Origin: Dipteris shenzhenensis
Taxonomy: Eukaryota
Length of the DNA stretch: 64,000 bases
Direction: 5' to 3' (one strand)
Assembly (NCBI GenBank): GCA_047967505.1
Contig: CM106538.1
This document shows positions 28,340-40,170 of this stretch, piece after piece. The number at the start of each line of letters is the position of its first letter. The first letter of the stretch is position 1. The position numbers and the translations under genes are program-made. The notes under the pieces are model-generated. The model was not told where the DNA came from, ran no database searches, and worked only from the letters and a program-made list of their open reading frames with translations.

Positions 28340-31300
28340 TCACAACTGTGGGCCAATCCCCATGCGTTTGATGAGGTGCTCCATCTGTTCTCGAGGGAGT
28401 GCCTTCGTGAAAAGGTCGGACAAATTGTCGGTGGTCGGGCAGTAGATAAGCTCGATCACGTCGTCGATGATGAGCTCTCGAACAAAATGATAATGAACTT
28501 CGATGTGTTTGGTCCGGGCATGGTACACTGGATTCTTGGCAATAGCTATGCAACTCTGATTGTCGCACATCAGCACTGTCGCATTCTCCTGACACACATC
28601 CATGTCCTCCAGAATCCACCGCAACCACAATGTCTCACAAGCGGCTGTACACGCGGCTCTGTACTCTGTCTCTGTAGATGAAAGGGACACTGTGGGTTGC
28701 TTCTTACTTAGCCAAGAGATGGCTCCATATGCAAGTAAGAAACAATATCCTATCATCGACCTTCTGGTGTCCACATCACCTGCCCAATCACTGTCACAGA
28801 ACCCGCCTAGTTCAATGCCTTTGGTGTAGCTGATCCCAAAGGTGCAAGTACCCTTCAGATACCTCAGCACACGTAAACCTGCATTCCAATGATTCTTCCT
28901 GGGAGAAGCAGAAAACTGACATAATAGCCCAACTGCATAACAAATATCAAGGCGCGTATTGGTAAGGTAAAGCAAACTTCCTACCAATCGTCGATACAAA
29001 AGAGTATCAACCAGCTGAGATGTGTCGTGAACACTTAGCTTCAGCCCGACCTCCATGGGAGTTAATGCTGTTCTGCAATCCTCCATCTGAAATCTCTTCA
29101 GAATTTCTCTGCAATATTTCTCCTGTGAAATGAAGATCCTGTCTATAGCCTGCTTTACTTCAATCCCAAGGAAGTAATGTAATAACCCAAGGTCAGTCAT
29201 CTCAAACTCAGACATGAGTAGCTCCTTGACCTGTGAAATCTTCTTGACATGATCACCTGTCAAGATAAGATCATCAACATAGAGGATGAGTACCAATCGC
29301 AATCCCTTCTCAATGAACAAGTAAAGGTTTGCCTCAGAAGGACTCCGACTGAGCCCTATCTTCTGAAAGAATATATCAATCCTTTGGTACCAAGCTCTGG
29401 GGGCCTGTTTTAGCCTGTATAACGCCTTCTTCAACCTGCAGACCTTTAATGGGGACACTGGATCTTGAAAGCCCGGTGGCTACTCCACATATACCTCCTC
29501 CTCCAGGGTTCCATTAAGGAATGCGGACTTCACATCCATTTGAAAAATAGGCCACTGGAATTGGGCAGCAAGGGCAATCACTGTCCGGATAGTAACCATG
29601 CGGGCTGTGGGAGCAAAAGTTTCATCAAAATCCATGCCTTCAGTTTGAGCAAAACCTTTCACAACCAACCTTGCTTTATACTTATCCAAGCTGCCATCAG
29701 ATTTGTATTTAAGTTTGTATACCCACTTAGTGCCGATGACTTTCCGTCGAAGGGGCCTGGCCACTAAGTCCCATGTATGGTTCTTCAGAATAGCATCCAT
29801 CTCTGCCTGCATGGCAGCCTGCCATTCGGGATTGTCTTTCGCCTCCGCGAAGGTTCTTAGCTCAACAATCTGAGCCACCAAAGCAACATTCATGGATGGG
29901 GTCTTTTGAAGACGTTGAGACTGATGCAATTCGGAACTGCTACTCTCAGGTAATGAGGTGACACGAGACTCTTCCAATATCCGGAGGTACCATTGGGGCA
30001 ACTTTTTCTGCTTCTCTGTGGGAGGAGGAACGGGAACTTCTGCTGGAACATCCTGCTCTTCCTGAGTATCGGGTGGAATATCAGCTTTTGATTGGGTAAC
30101 CTCTTGAATGGTCAATCTGGGATGGGGTGGGATCGGGGGTTGAACAATCTCCTCCTCCTCAATCTGAGGCTCCTCCTGGGGTTCAGGTTCTTTTTCTGCG
30201 AAGACAACATCACGACTGATGAGTATTTGCTTCTTTACTGGATCGAAGAGGTGGTAGGCCTTGGATTCTTCACTATACCCAACAAAGATACATGGTCTGC
30301 TTCGGGAATCAAGCTTGGTCCTATCTTCCTTGGGCACATGCACCCACGCGTTAGAACCAAAAATACGGAGATGAGAAATAGAGGGCTTCTTACCATAAAA
30401 TGCCTCATATGGAGTCTTGTCCTTGACGGCCTTCGTCTTGGTCCGGTTGAGAATGTGTACCGCTGTATTGATAGCTTCACTCCAATAGGCTTTAGAAAGA
30501 TTTCTCCCTCGGAGCATAGCAAGCCCTGTCTCGGTGGTGGTTCTATGCTTTCTGTCGGCTACCCCGTTTTGCTGAGAAGTATGTGCCGTGGTGAGTTGTC
30601 GCTTGATCCCATGCTTGCGACAAAATGTATTAAACTCACTTGAGGTGAATTCTCCCCCCTGTCTGTGCGAAATGTCTTGACATCTTCCCCTGTCTCCTTT
30701 TCAACTCTAGCCTTCTAGTCTTTGAATTTCTCAAAAGCTTGAGACTTTTTAGCCAAACAATATACCCAAGTCATTCTACTGAAATCATCCACAAAGAGAA
30801 GTGAATACCTGGATCCTGCCCATGATGCAGTAGACATTGGACCACAAATGTCGACGTGAACCAACTCAAGTGGTTTGCTGGCCTGAAACGAAGCTTCTTG
30901 TGGGAACTTATCCCTGTGCTGCTTGCCTTCAAGACAAGCCCTCTACAGACGTCATCCTTGCCTGTAATTGGTGGAAGCCCATCCACCATCTTCGACTTTG
31001 ACATTTTAGACAAGATTCCATAGCTGACGTGACCGAAGCGCTCATGCCAAAGTTTGGACTTTCCGTGATCATGATGAACCAACATTGCACTGAGACGGTA
31101 CAGTCCATTCTCTTCAACACCCTGTGCCACCACTTGCCCACTCCCTTTGGATGTCACGGTAACCTTGCCATCTTGAAAAAGAACTGCCATGTTTTTGTCC
31201 ATCTGACTTACAGATAGTAAATTCTTGCAAAGGTCGGGTACATAAAGTACTCCAGAGATATCCTTCTCCTCACCCGCCGTGGTAATGAAAGGAATGCTAC

Positions 31301-32408
31301 CTACGCCCTTCACAGGACATGTCCGGCTATCGCCAACAGAAACTTTGGAATCCGGGTGTGTACTGTCCATGGTTTTGAACCACGTCCTTCTGTTGGACAT
31401 GTGCTTAGAAGCACCGCTGTCAACATACCAACCTTCTTTACCTTCACTAACTGCATAAGTTGAACAATGTTCACTGAGTAAGAATAACTGTCCAGTTGTC
31501 ACATTGGCAGAATCACTCTTAAGCTGTTCTTTGTTTTTGGCTTCTCTTTTCCGCTTTTGATCCGCCTTCTTCTTCCGGCATTCTTTGGCGGAGTGGCCAA
31601 GCTTTTCATAGTAAAAGCACTTCATTTTCCTCTTACGTTCAGCGTCCTCTGATTTCTTGCAATCCTTTGACTTGCCTTTGCCAGGCTTGTCTTTGGTAAC
31701 CAATGCCTTTTCTTCGGTTTGCGTAAAGAGTTTCTCTCGGGCCTCCTCCTGAAGTAGGAGTGGACAAAGCTCCTCAAAGTTGATTGGCTTTTTCCGTTGA
31801 CCCGCAGTGATCGTAGTCACAAAACTTTTGAAACTCCATGGCAACTTGTGGAGTGTGAGTAATGCTAATTGTCTCGAGTCCACCTTCTGACCAACTGCTG
31901 TGAGCTGGTCCTGCACAACTTTCACCTTCGTCAGATGATCATGAACACTATCACCCTCATTCATATCAAGGTTATGAAGCTGATGCTGCAGTGTGATGAT
32001 ACGAGCTGTATTATCAGTTTCATACAGCTCCTTCAGGATGGTCCACGCCTCTGAAGATGTTTCTACCAACTGGATATGAGGAATCACAGAATCTGCTATC
32101 GTGCCTATAAGCATTGCTAAGGCCTGAGCATCCCTCTCCTCCCATGCACAGAGTTCATCTGCATCTGCTTTAGCTAGAACTTCACCTCTCTTGTCCACAA
32201 TATCCTCCGGCTTTTCTTCAGTCCCATTGACAATCTTCCACAACCTCCATGCCAACAGATGGCTTCGGATCTTGACTTTCCAGATTGGAAAGTTTGTACC
32301 ATCAAGCTTTCCAGCTTCACCGAAATTAGGGATAAATGAAGAAGGAAGATGACTAGAGAAGGAGGAAGGACGAGCAATGGATGTAGAGGCTTCTGATCGC
32401 TGATCCAT
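28340..32408 (-). pseudogene. Copia gag-pol polyprotein with a few frameshifts and stops
   Basis: KLDGTNFPIWK gag; CFYYEKLGHSAKEC degenerate knuckle; WYVDSGASKHM protease; LWHERFGH GAG-pre-integrase; YKARLVVKGF and LYVDD RT; DSDWAGD RNase H. Broken near 30940, 30720-30520 and 29465. Confidence 0.96.
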
Positions 32409-32560
32409 CTCGATGAATAGCTACAGAACTTGAAAAACTGAAACAGAAATAAATGAACTGACCTTCTATACTGAACTGAGCTGAAAACAGAGTTGCCTTA
32501 CAGCCAAGGAACTCCTTCCTTCAGAGAGTGTTATTGATGAGGAAGAGTCGAGAGCCTATG

Positions 32561-32572
32561 GCTCTGATACCA
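32561..32572 (-). other. Primer-binding site for initiator tRNA-Met
   Basis: TGGTATCAGAGC on the minus strand immediately after the 5' LTR. Confidence 0.95.
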
Positions 32573-33204
32573 TGTTAGAAAACAGAAGGAAAGAATCACT
32601 CTAACCTCTAGCCAAGATCTCTCCCGCTCTAGCAACACTCAACTCAGATAACTGATCACAGATACAATACTCACTCAGAGAAAACTTAGACAGAGAGAGA
32701 ATATATTCATCCACCGGATGGTGGGCAGAAAACTGGCTCCAGGGGAGCAATAGAAAACTCAGCCAAGTGCTGAGACAAACTGAAGGAATTCTCTCTGTCA
32801 AAAGATGCCAAATCTGAGTGCACAGCACAGCCTAAAACAGAGGCTTTCTGTCCTGCACTGGATGCCAGAATGAAGGGAAGTGTGGGCCTTTTATAGGCAC
32901 TGCCCAGGCCTGTTGGTATGGCCAACCAGCAGGGTCAGTTCCCTGACTGGGGACCGACTAGATTAGTCTAGAAAACCGACCAGGGTCGGCCTTGGTTGGT
33001 GGCCCTGGTTGGGCCGCCTAGCCCTGCCACAGGCCCCTATAAAAGGGTGCCCTGTGCAGCCAGTCCATTGCATCTAGGAAGGCATGGAGCCCCCCCCAAA
33101 TCTCTGCTGTTTGCTGAGTCTCTCTTTCCCATCCCTCCTTACCCTCACTGCCCCTTGTCCCCACAAAACGGGGGCTCACAGGTGGGAACAGTGAGTCTCT
33201 AACA
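32573..33204 (-). repeat. Copia 5' LTR (632 bp)
   Basis: Matches 27726-28326 apart from scattered substitutions and two indels (8 and 23 bp). Confidence 0.97.
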
Positions 33205-33209
33205 CTTTA

Positions 33210-33760
33210 AGCATGGCTGCTGATGCCACTAGTTAACGGACTTTTTTATAGCCGCAAGTTGCCTCCACTACTTACATCCAAATGAATCATGCGGATGGCA
33301 AGGATGAGATTTGTAATGGGGTGCACTACATGTGTGATGACGGTCGAAGCTCACTGTTCGCTCCATGGCTATCAGCGATCATGAAAGAGTGGATCTTCAT
33401 TTAGCTTGCCAAGGGATGCACGCCATAACAAATCATGCATCTTCACATAGGTTTGGTTAAGAGCAAGCAAGCCGAAAACCCCTCAGTCCTCCTAGGCAGG
33501 GACGACTTTCTACCCTAAGAGACATTCTAAATGTCTCCGCGAAGGTTTCCGCGGGTACTTTTCAACATTACAGGGACGATGCTCAGAGTGTTTGCATGTG
33601 GGTTAAGGAGAACTGGAGCATGACATTCGTGTACCAGGAACAAAACCTAGTACTAGGTCATTCATTCATATTGGGTATAATGACCGACTGGCAGAGAGAC
33701 ATGCTGAACAAGTGGGGGAACAATGGGCTTTTGGCATTGGATGCCACTTGTGGCATTCCA
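33210..33760 (+). pseudogene. 3' continuation of the MULE/SWIM-type transposase-like gene (truncated)
   Basis: KHGC*CH, FAPWLS, RDDF, DDAQSVCMWVKEN and FILGIMTDWQRDMLNKWGNNGLLALDAT (first MULE catalytic Asp motif); similarity ends at ~33760. Confidence 0.8.
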
Positions 33761-34580
33761 ACCCAACCAATAATTGATTCCAACCCCAAACCATGATTTC
33801 ATGGAAGGACATTGATTCATTCCCCCAAAACATGGAGAATAGCATATCTCCTCTCTCTTATGGTAGGAGGTAGACATCGTCTCTCAAGTTGAAGTACAAC
33901 AAAGAACACACGCTATCAAACCAAGGATTTGTGGGGAATTGAAACGGGCATTTAATTAATGGTAGGAGGGTAGCATCAGCCACGTCCATCATGTGCTCTC
34001 AGGGGTTCACTCATGATATGTAACTCTATCACGTGAGTTCAACAGAAGGATATTTTTAATTTCTAAAATTTACAAAATTTAACTTACATAAGGGAATATT
34101 TAAAATGATTTAAGAAAAAAATTACAGATTTGTATAGAAAAAGGGTACATTTTATTAATGAAAAATCTACAGTTAAGGGATTATACAAATAAGCCTTAAA
34201 CGCATGTGATATAGAGGATTTATATATAGTGACTCCCTCGAGCATGTGCTTCATGGCTTGCTTTCCCCTCACGCTTGGATCTTGAGATGCGTATGTAGCT
34301 TGCATTCAATGTTGCGATGTGGATGCCATGGCGACTCGTGAGTGAGGGAGCAAGAGAAGATCTGAGAAGCATGTGAAATCGAGTGAGCAACTTGTTATTA
34401 AAACATTTAATTATAACATGCTTATGCCAACCACACCATATAAGAATTTATCTAACTAATAGGATTGTGGATTGACCATGATCGATTAAATTGTACAAAT
34501 AAAAATGGCAAACTCTACCAAATTGTCACAAGTTTAAACCCACATTAACAATTTTCAAAGACAATAAACTTTGGCAGTCA

Positions 34581-34642
34581 TGTACAAAAAGGCGATTTGG
34601 ACAGCTGGCACTATGCCAACTGTCCAAATCATGTTTTTGTAC
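34581..34642. repeat. ~62-bp near-perfect inverted repeat (hairpin)
   Basis: TGTACAAAAA-GGC-GATTTGGACAG-C-TGGCA-[CTA]-TGCCA-A-CTGTCCAAATC-ATG-TTTTTGTACA, read directly. Confidence 0.9.
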
Positions 34643-34974
34643 AAATCCTGCACTCCTGGCATTTTTGGGCCTTTTTCGGGCCTCCAGGGTCGATTTGGGG
34701 TTTTTGGCCTGCTCCGAACGCACTGGCGATGTTAGAATCATCAAATACTGCACAAAAAATCATCTTTTCAATATCAGGTATGTCAGAAATAATAAAAGAA
34801 AACGGTTTGATTATGACTTATTTTATATTTTTACATGGTTTTTGGTATTTTTTCAATGTTACGTTGGACCTCTTCTGATTGGTTGAGAGCCTATTTTTCT
34901 AAAGCCTAAAAGACTCCAAAATGAAGACTTGGCTAAAGACGCCGATGTAGCTATGGGCTTAGATGACTATGAAT

Positions 34975-35134
34975 GTCAAGGGGAACTCCTACCACAAATA
35001 GGAGATGGGTAAGATGATCCAGATGCAGGCTACCTCCCACCATCAATAGGAGACGTCAAGGGGAACTCTTACCACAACTAGGAGATGGGTGAGATGATCC
35101 AGATGCAGGCCGCTTCCCACCATCAATAGGAGAT
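34975..35134. repeat. 80-bp tandem duplication
   Basis: GTCAAGGGGAACTC...CATCAATAGGAGA at 34975 and 35055. Confidence 0.9.
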
Positions 35135-35389
35135 GTAACGGGCAAATTTGATCCCAAAATCAATGGCGATAAAGCCAACACAGGACCTACACTTCCAAAG
35201 CCCCAACTTAAAGGGCAAAATGGAGACAAGAATAAAATTATGCACCTAAGTGGAGATCAAGCGACCAATGATATGCTAGAGCATAAAAGTGAAGGGTGAA
35301 AACAATTAACAAAAACCTCCAACCTACGAGCTGTTGGGAAAATTAGTAGCCCAGGTGGGGGAACACTAGGACTAAAGTGTCCTTCAACG

Positions 35390-36827
35390 TGTGTCCAATT
35401 GAGCTTCATCCATTTTGATGACAAGTATGAGCTTTCCATTGCAATTTGTACAACAAAAGAGAGAAATCGTTAGGATAAACATGATATAGGAAATGAAATA
35501 AGTAAAGTGCAATGCTATAATGGATTTCCTTTTTACCATCTTCTCTCATGCCATAGAATTTGACCATTGCTTGTTGCAATTTCTCAACATCTAAGTAGAC
35601 ATTGTTGAAAGCATTCATCTCAAAGGTTTGCAAGCTTGATTTCTTTTTACTCTTCCAAGTCATTATGCCCCTTACGCAATGGTACCCTCCAAGCATTTCT
35701 CTTACACGTTGGTTTGTTTCTCACCGTGCACATCTCATAGACCAAGGTGTGGGTAGGGGCACTATCGACTTCTTATACTTTCCCAAAATAGCAGACTTAA
35801 AAATTTTGAAAACAGATGTGTAACCTTCACGACTTAACCGGCAACATCACAAGCTACAATCTCCTTTGCGTCCACAATATCCTTGAAGTCCTTCATCACC
35901 TCTTTAGCAACTTGCACACATAGGCGCTTGTGTGTTGGGTCCCTTAGTATCCCGATGACATCACTTGACTTCAATAAACTAGCTAGAGCATATGAACAGT
36001 CAATATCGTCCCCGTCCGTTCTTCACATCACATCTTCCATGGAAGTTCCTGAAGAAGAACATAAGAAAAACTTAGTCACAAACAATGTAGCACAAAAGAG
36101 TGTAATTTCATTGGAACATTTGATAACCAACCTTGTAGCCTGGACTCTCCTCTTTCTAGCACCACCAGTGGGTGCCAATGCATCCATGTTATGTAAGTAC
36201 CTTCTTTTCCTATCCTTCAATCCCAAAGGTGTTTCTTTCATCTTTTGCACTCCTTCTTCTGCCTTCTCTCATTCCTTCTCTATGGCTCATTGAACTTGAT
36301 TGTATATAGATCTTTCCAATCCTTTTTTGGACTCAGCTAGCTTATAGAGTGACTCTTCCAATGGATTTCACTCCAAGTCCAATGGATTTCGCCAATGCTT
36401 TGGATTTATCATGAAGATCCTAGTTCTTCCTTTGAAGATCCTGCATAGAGTTGAGCATTGCAATAATGGTGCTATTTCCTAAATGTGCTAGCATCTCTGC
36501 TTGGGCTCTTCGCATCTCGCTTGCTTGCATAGCCATTGACTGAGGATTGTTTAACTGATTGCAATAACCAAGCAACCCTGTATGTCCATTTTTAACAAAA
36601 TTGAACTAGCTCATGCATTGTATGGAAAGGAGGGCTCTTTTGGTTGACAGGATCCAAAGGATACAAGGATCCTTCCACCTAAAGGTCGAGATGCTTCTTT
36701 CCTTTTGAAGGAAGACTGTGGATTTTGGAAGCTCCCCTCAATCCCAGGATACGCATGCTTGCAAATATTCAGCCTCCAACTCTAAGTGAACCTGGTACTT
36801 GTTGGAGACGTCCTCAAATGGTGCCAT
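35390..36827 (-). pseudogene. Decayed, 3'-truncated DNA-transposase-like gene with Transib/RAG1-like motifs
   Basis: Hand translation gives RKRRYLHNMDALAPTGGARKRRVQ; ACDVAG/LSREGYTSVFKIFKS...PLPTPWSMRCAR; then a putative intron (GT at 35536, acceptor degraded) and KLILVIKMDEA. The family call is by eye only. Confidence 0.4.
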
Positions 36828-36879
36828 GGGTAAAGGAGTGTAGAGAAGGAGAAGGTGTGGAGAAGTAGGCTTGCAGGAG

Positions 36880-37238
36880 CAACACGCAAGAAGAGGGAGG
36901 GCAAGGAGGAGGAGGGATGGGGGAGGGAGGACCAATAGTTGAAGAGGAGGGAAGGGGGGTGGACCAGCACGTGTGGAGGGTGAGGAGGAGTAGGCATGGA
37001 GGAGGAGGGAGGGAGGAGGAAGAAGCAGGAGGGAGGGGGAGGAGGAGCAGGTGTGGAGGAGGAGGGAGGGGGAGGGGAGGAGGAGCAGGTGTGGAGGAGG
37101 GAGGGAGGGGGAGGGGAGGAAGAGCAGGCATGGAGGAGGGAGGGAGGGGAAGGAGGAGGAAGGGGGAGGGGGGAGTGAGGAGGGGGAGGGGGAGGAGGGG
37201 GTAGGGGGAGGAGGGAGGGAGGGAGGGGGAGGGAGGGA
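36880..37238. repeat. G/A-rich low-complexity tract (GGA/GGGA) with GAGCAGGYRTGGAGG subrepeats
   Basis: Direct reading; lies just upstream of the 36827 ATG on the minus strand. Confidence 0.9.
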
Positions 37239-37449
37239 ATTCAAAATTTGAATTTTGAATTTTGAATTTGATGATTCCCACCTGGGAGTAAGAGTTGTGT
37301 AAGATGTGGGGTCACTTTTGGGCTTAACCCACCTAGGTGAGGGGGGGTTAGGACTTTTTGGGACCTACCTTGGCCCTTTCATTAGGACTAATCCATTTCT
37401 TAATCCATTCCTTATGAGGCCCTTTTGAGACCCCATTTCTCCCCTAATG

Positions 37450-37626
37450 GTATGAAGATTGTGGAACCTTGGAACATGTATGTGGCATGTTTGCCAAAAT
37501 GCACTACTAGGATCTTTCTTCTTGGAATCTAATGATGAGAGACAGTTTTTGCCATGGGTACACAAATGAGACCTTTCAACTCTTTGAACAAATGCAGGAG
37601 GAAGTGCTAATGGCTGACAAGTCCAC
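37450..37626 (+). pseudogene. PLS-class PPR pseudogene, 5' fragment
   Basis: YEDCGTLEHVCGMFAKMH...SWNLMM...FQLFEQMQEEVLMADKSTF, ending exactly where the first direct repeat begins. Confidence 0.8.
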
Positions 37627-38165
37627 TTTTCTTTTAGTTTCAAAAGAGAGTTTGATTGAGATTGAGTATGCTTGTGCTTTCTAAGTTAGGAATGTAATTT
37701 TGGCTCTTTGCAGGAAGTAATAGATAAGTGTAAAGTGTCCATTTAGCTTTTTATTTTATGTTTTAAATGAGAGAGTGAGAGAGAAATTTTATTCGTGTTT
37801 TTTTGGAAGATTTTGTTTCTTGACTTGATTGTTTATTTTTGCTTAGTCACCTTCTTCCTTTCTTCTTTATTTCTTGTTTTCTTTCTCTTTTGTTTATTTG
37901 GCATATTTTAGTAAGCACTAGGTTTGCCCAAGAGACTCTGCGGGTCTTTTAGAAACCCATATAGTTGCTTATGCTTGGGCATTGATGGACGACATAAGTG
38001 TTACTTTGCTTGCTAAGTATGTCTTCCTTTCGTTTTTCATAAAAGTTTTTGTTTACCTCTTTTTTCTTCTCTTTCATTTTCTCTTTTAATTTCTATGTAT
38101 ATTTTTTGTCTTTAGAACAACAAACGTTCTAAATATGTATGATTGGACATATTTTAGTCTTCAAA
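37627..38165 (+). repeat. Direct repeat copy 1 (pseudo-LTR)
   Basis: TTTTCTTTTAGTTTCAAAAGAGAGTTTGATTGAG...GGACATATTTTAGTCTT. Confidence 0.9.
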
Positions 38166-38338
38166 GGTGTATTTTTCTATCATCTTAGCAGACGTGCACA
38201 TTCTTTGATTTTCGTCCAAGTGGTGATCAGTTGTTCAACTACATCGATTTATCTTATGCGGGTGTAGAAACCCAACTAAAAATCTTCTCAATTATTCTTA
38301 TTATAATTTTCATTCTTTTCTTTTTGTTTAATATTTTA

Positions 38339-38352
38339 TCTCTCTCTCTCTC

Positions 38353-38386
<34 letters not shown>

Positions 38387-38412
38387 GAGATAGATAGATA
38401 GATAGATAGATA
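38339..38412. repeat. (TC)n(TA)n(GATA)n compound microsatellite at the 5' edge of the RT
   Basis: Direct reading. Confidence 0.9.
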
Positions 38413-39600
38413 TGCCAAAGTAGTCTCACAAAATTCCAAAAATGCCAAGATTTATTGTAGCTTCTTGTGAGACTACTCTGATGATGTCTCTAAATGGCTA
38501 AGCTACCTCTTCAAAGCCATGTTGCCTACTGTCCATGAGCTTTGGAGGGACTTATTAAAGGAGGCAGATGTCCCCTCGCACTCTATAGGAGTGATTCTTG
38601 TTGTAAAATTTTTTAATTCCTCTCGAAGCATTTAGGAAAAAGAGTCTCCTATTCTCCTTCAAGCCTATGATTTTACTACGCTTTACACAAAGATCGAGCT
38701 AGAAGACCTGAAGTTTAGAATAAAAAAGCTAGTGGCTGAATTTTTCAAGTTGAGAATTGACAAAGATAGATGCAAAGTGCTAAAAGTTGAGAAAATAGCT
38801 TTATGCTTTGACTTTTTGTGGCTAAATAATAAAGATCATGACATCGGTTCTAAAAATAAAAGATACACAAAGGTAGTAAGTGTTGGAGATGTTTGCTCTT
38901 GGATAGATTTTCTTTTAGATAATCTTTACATCACAATAGGTGATTCTTTGTTTCAACAAATTATAGGAATCTCTATGGGCACTAATTGTGCCGTCTTTTT
39001 AGCAAACTTTTATCTTTTCATTTATAAATTTGAGTTTATGCAATGTATTATTTCTATCAATACCTTCATTATCATTTTACATAAGCTTAGCCAAGTTAGA
39101 AATTTTATAGATGATTTATTTGTACCAGATGTTCCTGACTTTCAAGACTTTATGTACAATGTGATTTTGAAGAAGGAATCTATCCTCGTGACTCTTGTGA
39201 ACTGAGTTGCACTTCAAGAGGGGATTCTTGTGTTTTCTTAGACCTTAGACTATCTCAATTTACCACAGGATTAGAGGTTGATATATATGATAAATGTGAA
39301 CAACCTGAATATAGTGGTTTACACATTATAAAAATGCCTCACATTGACTCAAACATTTTGGATTTGGCAAAATATGGAGTCATTTCTTCCCAATTCCATA
39401 GATTTTTATGCCTTTGTGCAACTAAGGAGTCATTTATCACTCATTGTAGTAATTTGATCACTTTGCTTTTACACAGGAGGTATAATCCAAGGAAAATAAT
39501 GAAAAAAGTATGCACAATCTGAAGTCTTTTATCTATGGTGTATCGGCCTTAGGTATGTTTAGAATGATTGAACATAAGCTGAAAACAAAAAGCGAGGAGT
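38412..39600 (+). pseudogene. Penelope-like reverse transcriptase (5'-truncated, decayed)
   Basis: HKIPKMPRFIVAS, YDFTTLYTKI, FLLDNLYI...FQQIIGISMGTNCAVFLANFYL, NFIDDLF, FLDL, IYDK and PHIDSN...YGVISSQFHRF, the motif series of PLE RTs. No GIY-YIG domain seen. Confidence 0.85.
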
Positions 39601-39612
39601 TGAATAGCCCGT

Positions 39613-39746
39613 TTTTCTTTTAGTTTCAAAAGAGAGTTTGATTGAGTATGCTTGCGCTTTCTAAGTTAGGAATGTAATTTTGGCTCTTTGTAGGAAGCAA
39701 TACATGAGTGTAAAGGGTCCATTTAGCTTTTTATTTTATGTGTTAG

Positions 39747-39806
<60 letters not shown>

Positions 39807-40170
39807 ATTCCTGTTTTTTTGGAAGATTTTGTTTCTTGAATTGCTTGTTTATTTTTTCTTAGTCACCTTCTTCCTTTCTTGTTTTCTTTCTCTTTTGTTT
39901 ATTTGATGTATTTTAGTAAGCATTGGGTTTGCCCAAGAGACTCTGTGGGTCTTTAGAAACCCAGTATATCTGCTTATGCTTGGGCATTGATGACGATATA
40001 AGTGTTGCTTTTCTTGCCAAGTATGTCTTTCCTTTTGTTTTTCATAAAAGTTTTTGTTTACCTCTTTTTTCTTCTCTTTCATTTTCTCTTTTGTTGTTTG
40101 TGTAGATTTTTGGTCTTTAGAACAACAAAAATCTAAATTTGTATGATTGGACATATTGTAGTCTTACAAT
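39613..40170 (+). repeat. Direct repeat copy 2, with expanded internal (GA)n at 39750-39802
   Basis: Colinear with 37627-38165. Confidence 0.9.

Larger units (their letters stand above)
27726..33204 (-). mobile_element. Full-length Ty1/Copia LTR retrotransposon
   Basis: Two TG...CA LTRs, CTTTA TSD (27721-27725 and 33205-33209), PBS, PPT and gag-PR-IN-RT-RH order. Confidence 0.98.
37627..40170 (+). mobile_element. Penelope-like retroelement (Naiad/Chlamys-type RT) with ~540-bp direct repeats
   Basis: Direct repeats 37627-38165 and 39613-40170 flank a PLE-type RT. No TG..CA termini, PBS, gag or integrase. Confidence 0.75.

Noticed and set aside
27951-28681. 225-aa and 114-aa ORFs overlapping the Copia RNase H and LTR
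   Set aside because: Alternative-frame or antisense shadows of pol.
35350-37285. 10-bp inverted pair CCCAGGTGGG / CCCACCTGGG as TIRs of the transposase-like relic
   Set aside because: Too short, and no flanking TSD was found.
38185-38240. Hammerhead-ribozyme-like CTGATCA-CCACTTGG-ACGAAA on the minus strand
   Set aside because: The core deviates from CUGANGA, I could not form stems I and III, and it is antisense to the RT. A covariance-model search of the family consensus would be needed.
37627-40170. LTR retrotransposon or TRIM interpretation of the direct repeats
   Set aside because: No TG..CA ends, PBS, PPT, gag or integrase, and the RT motifs are Penelope-like.
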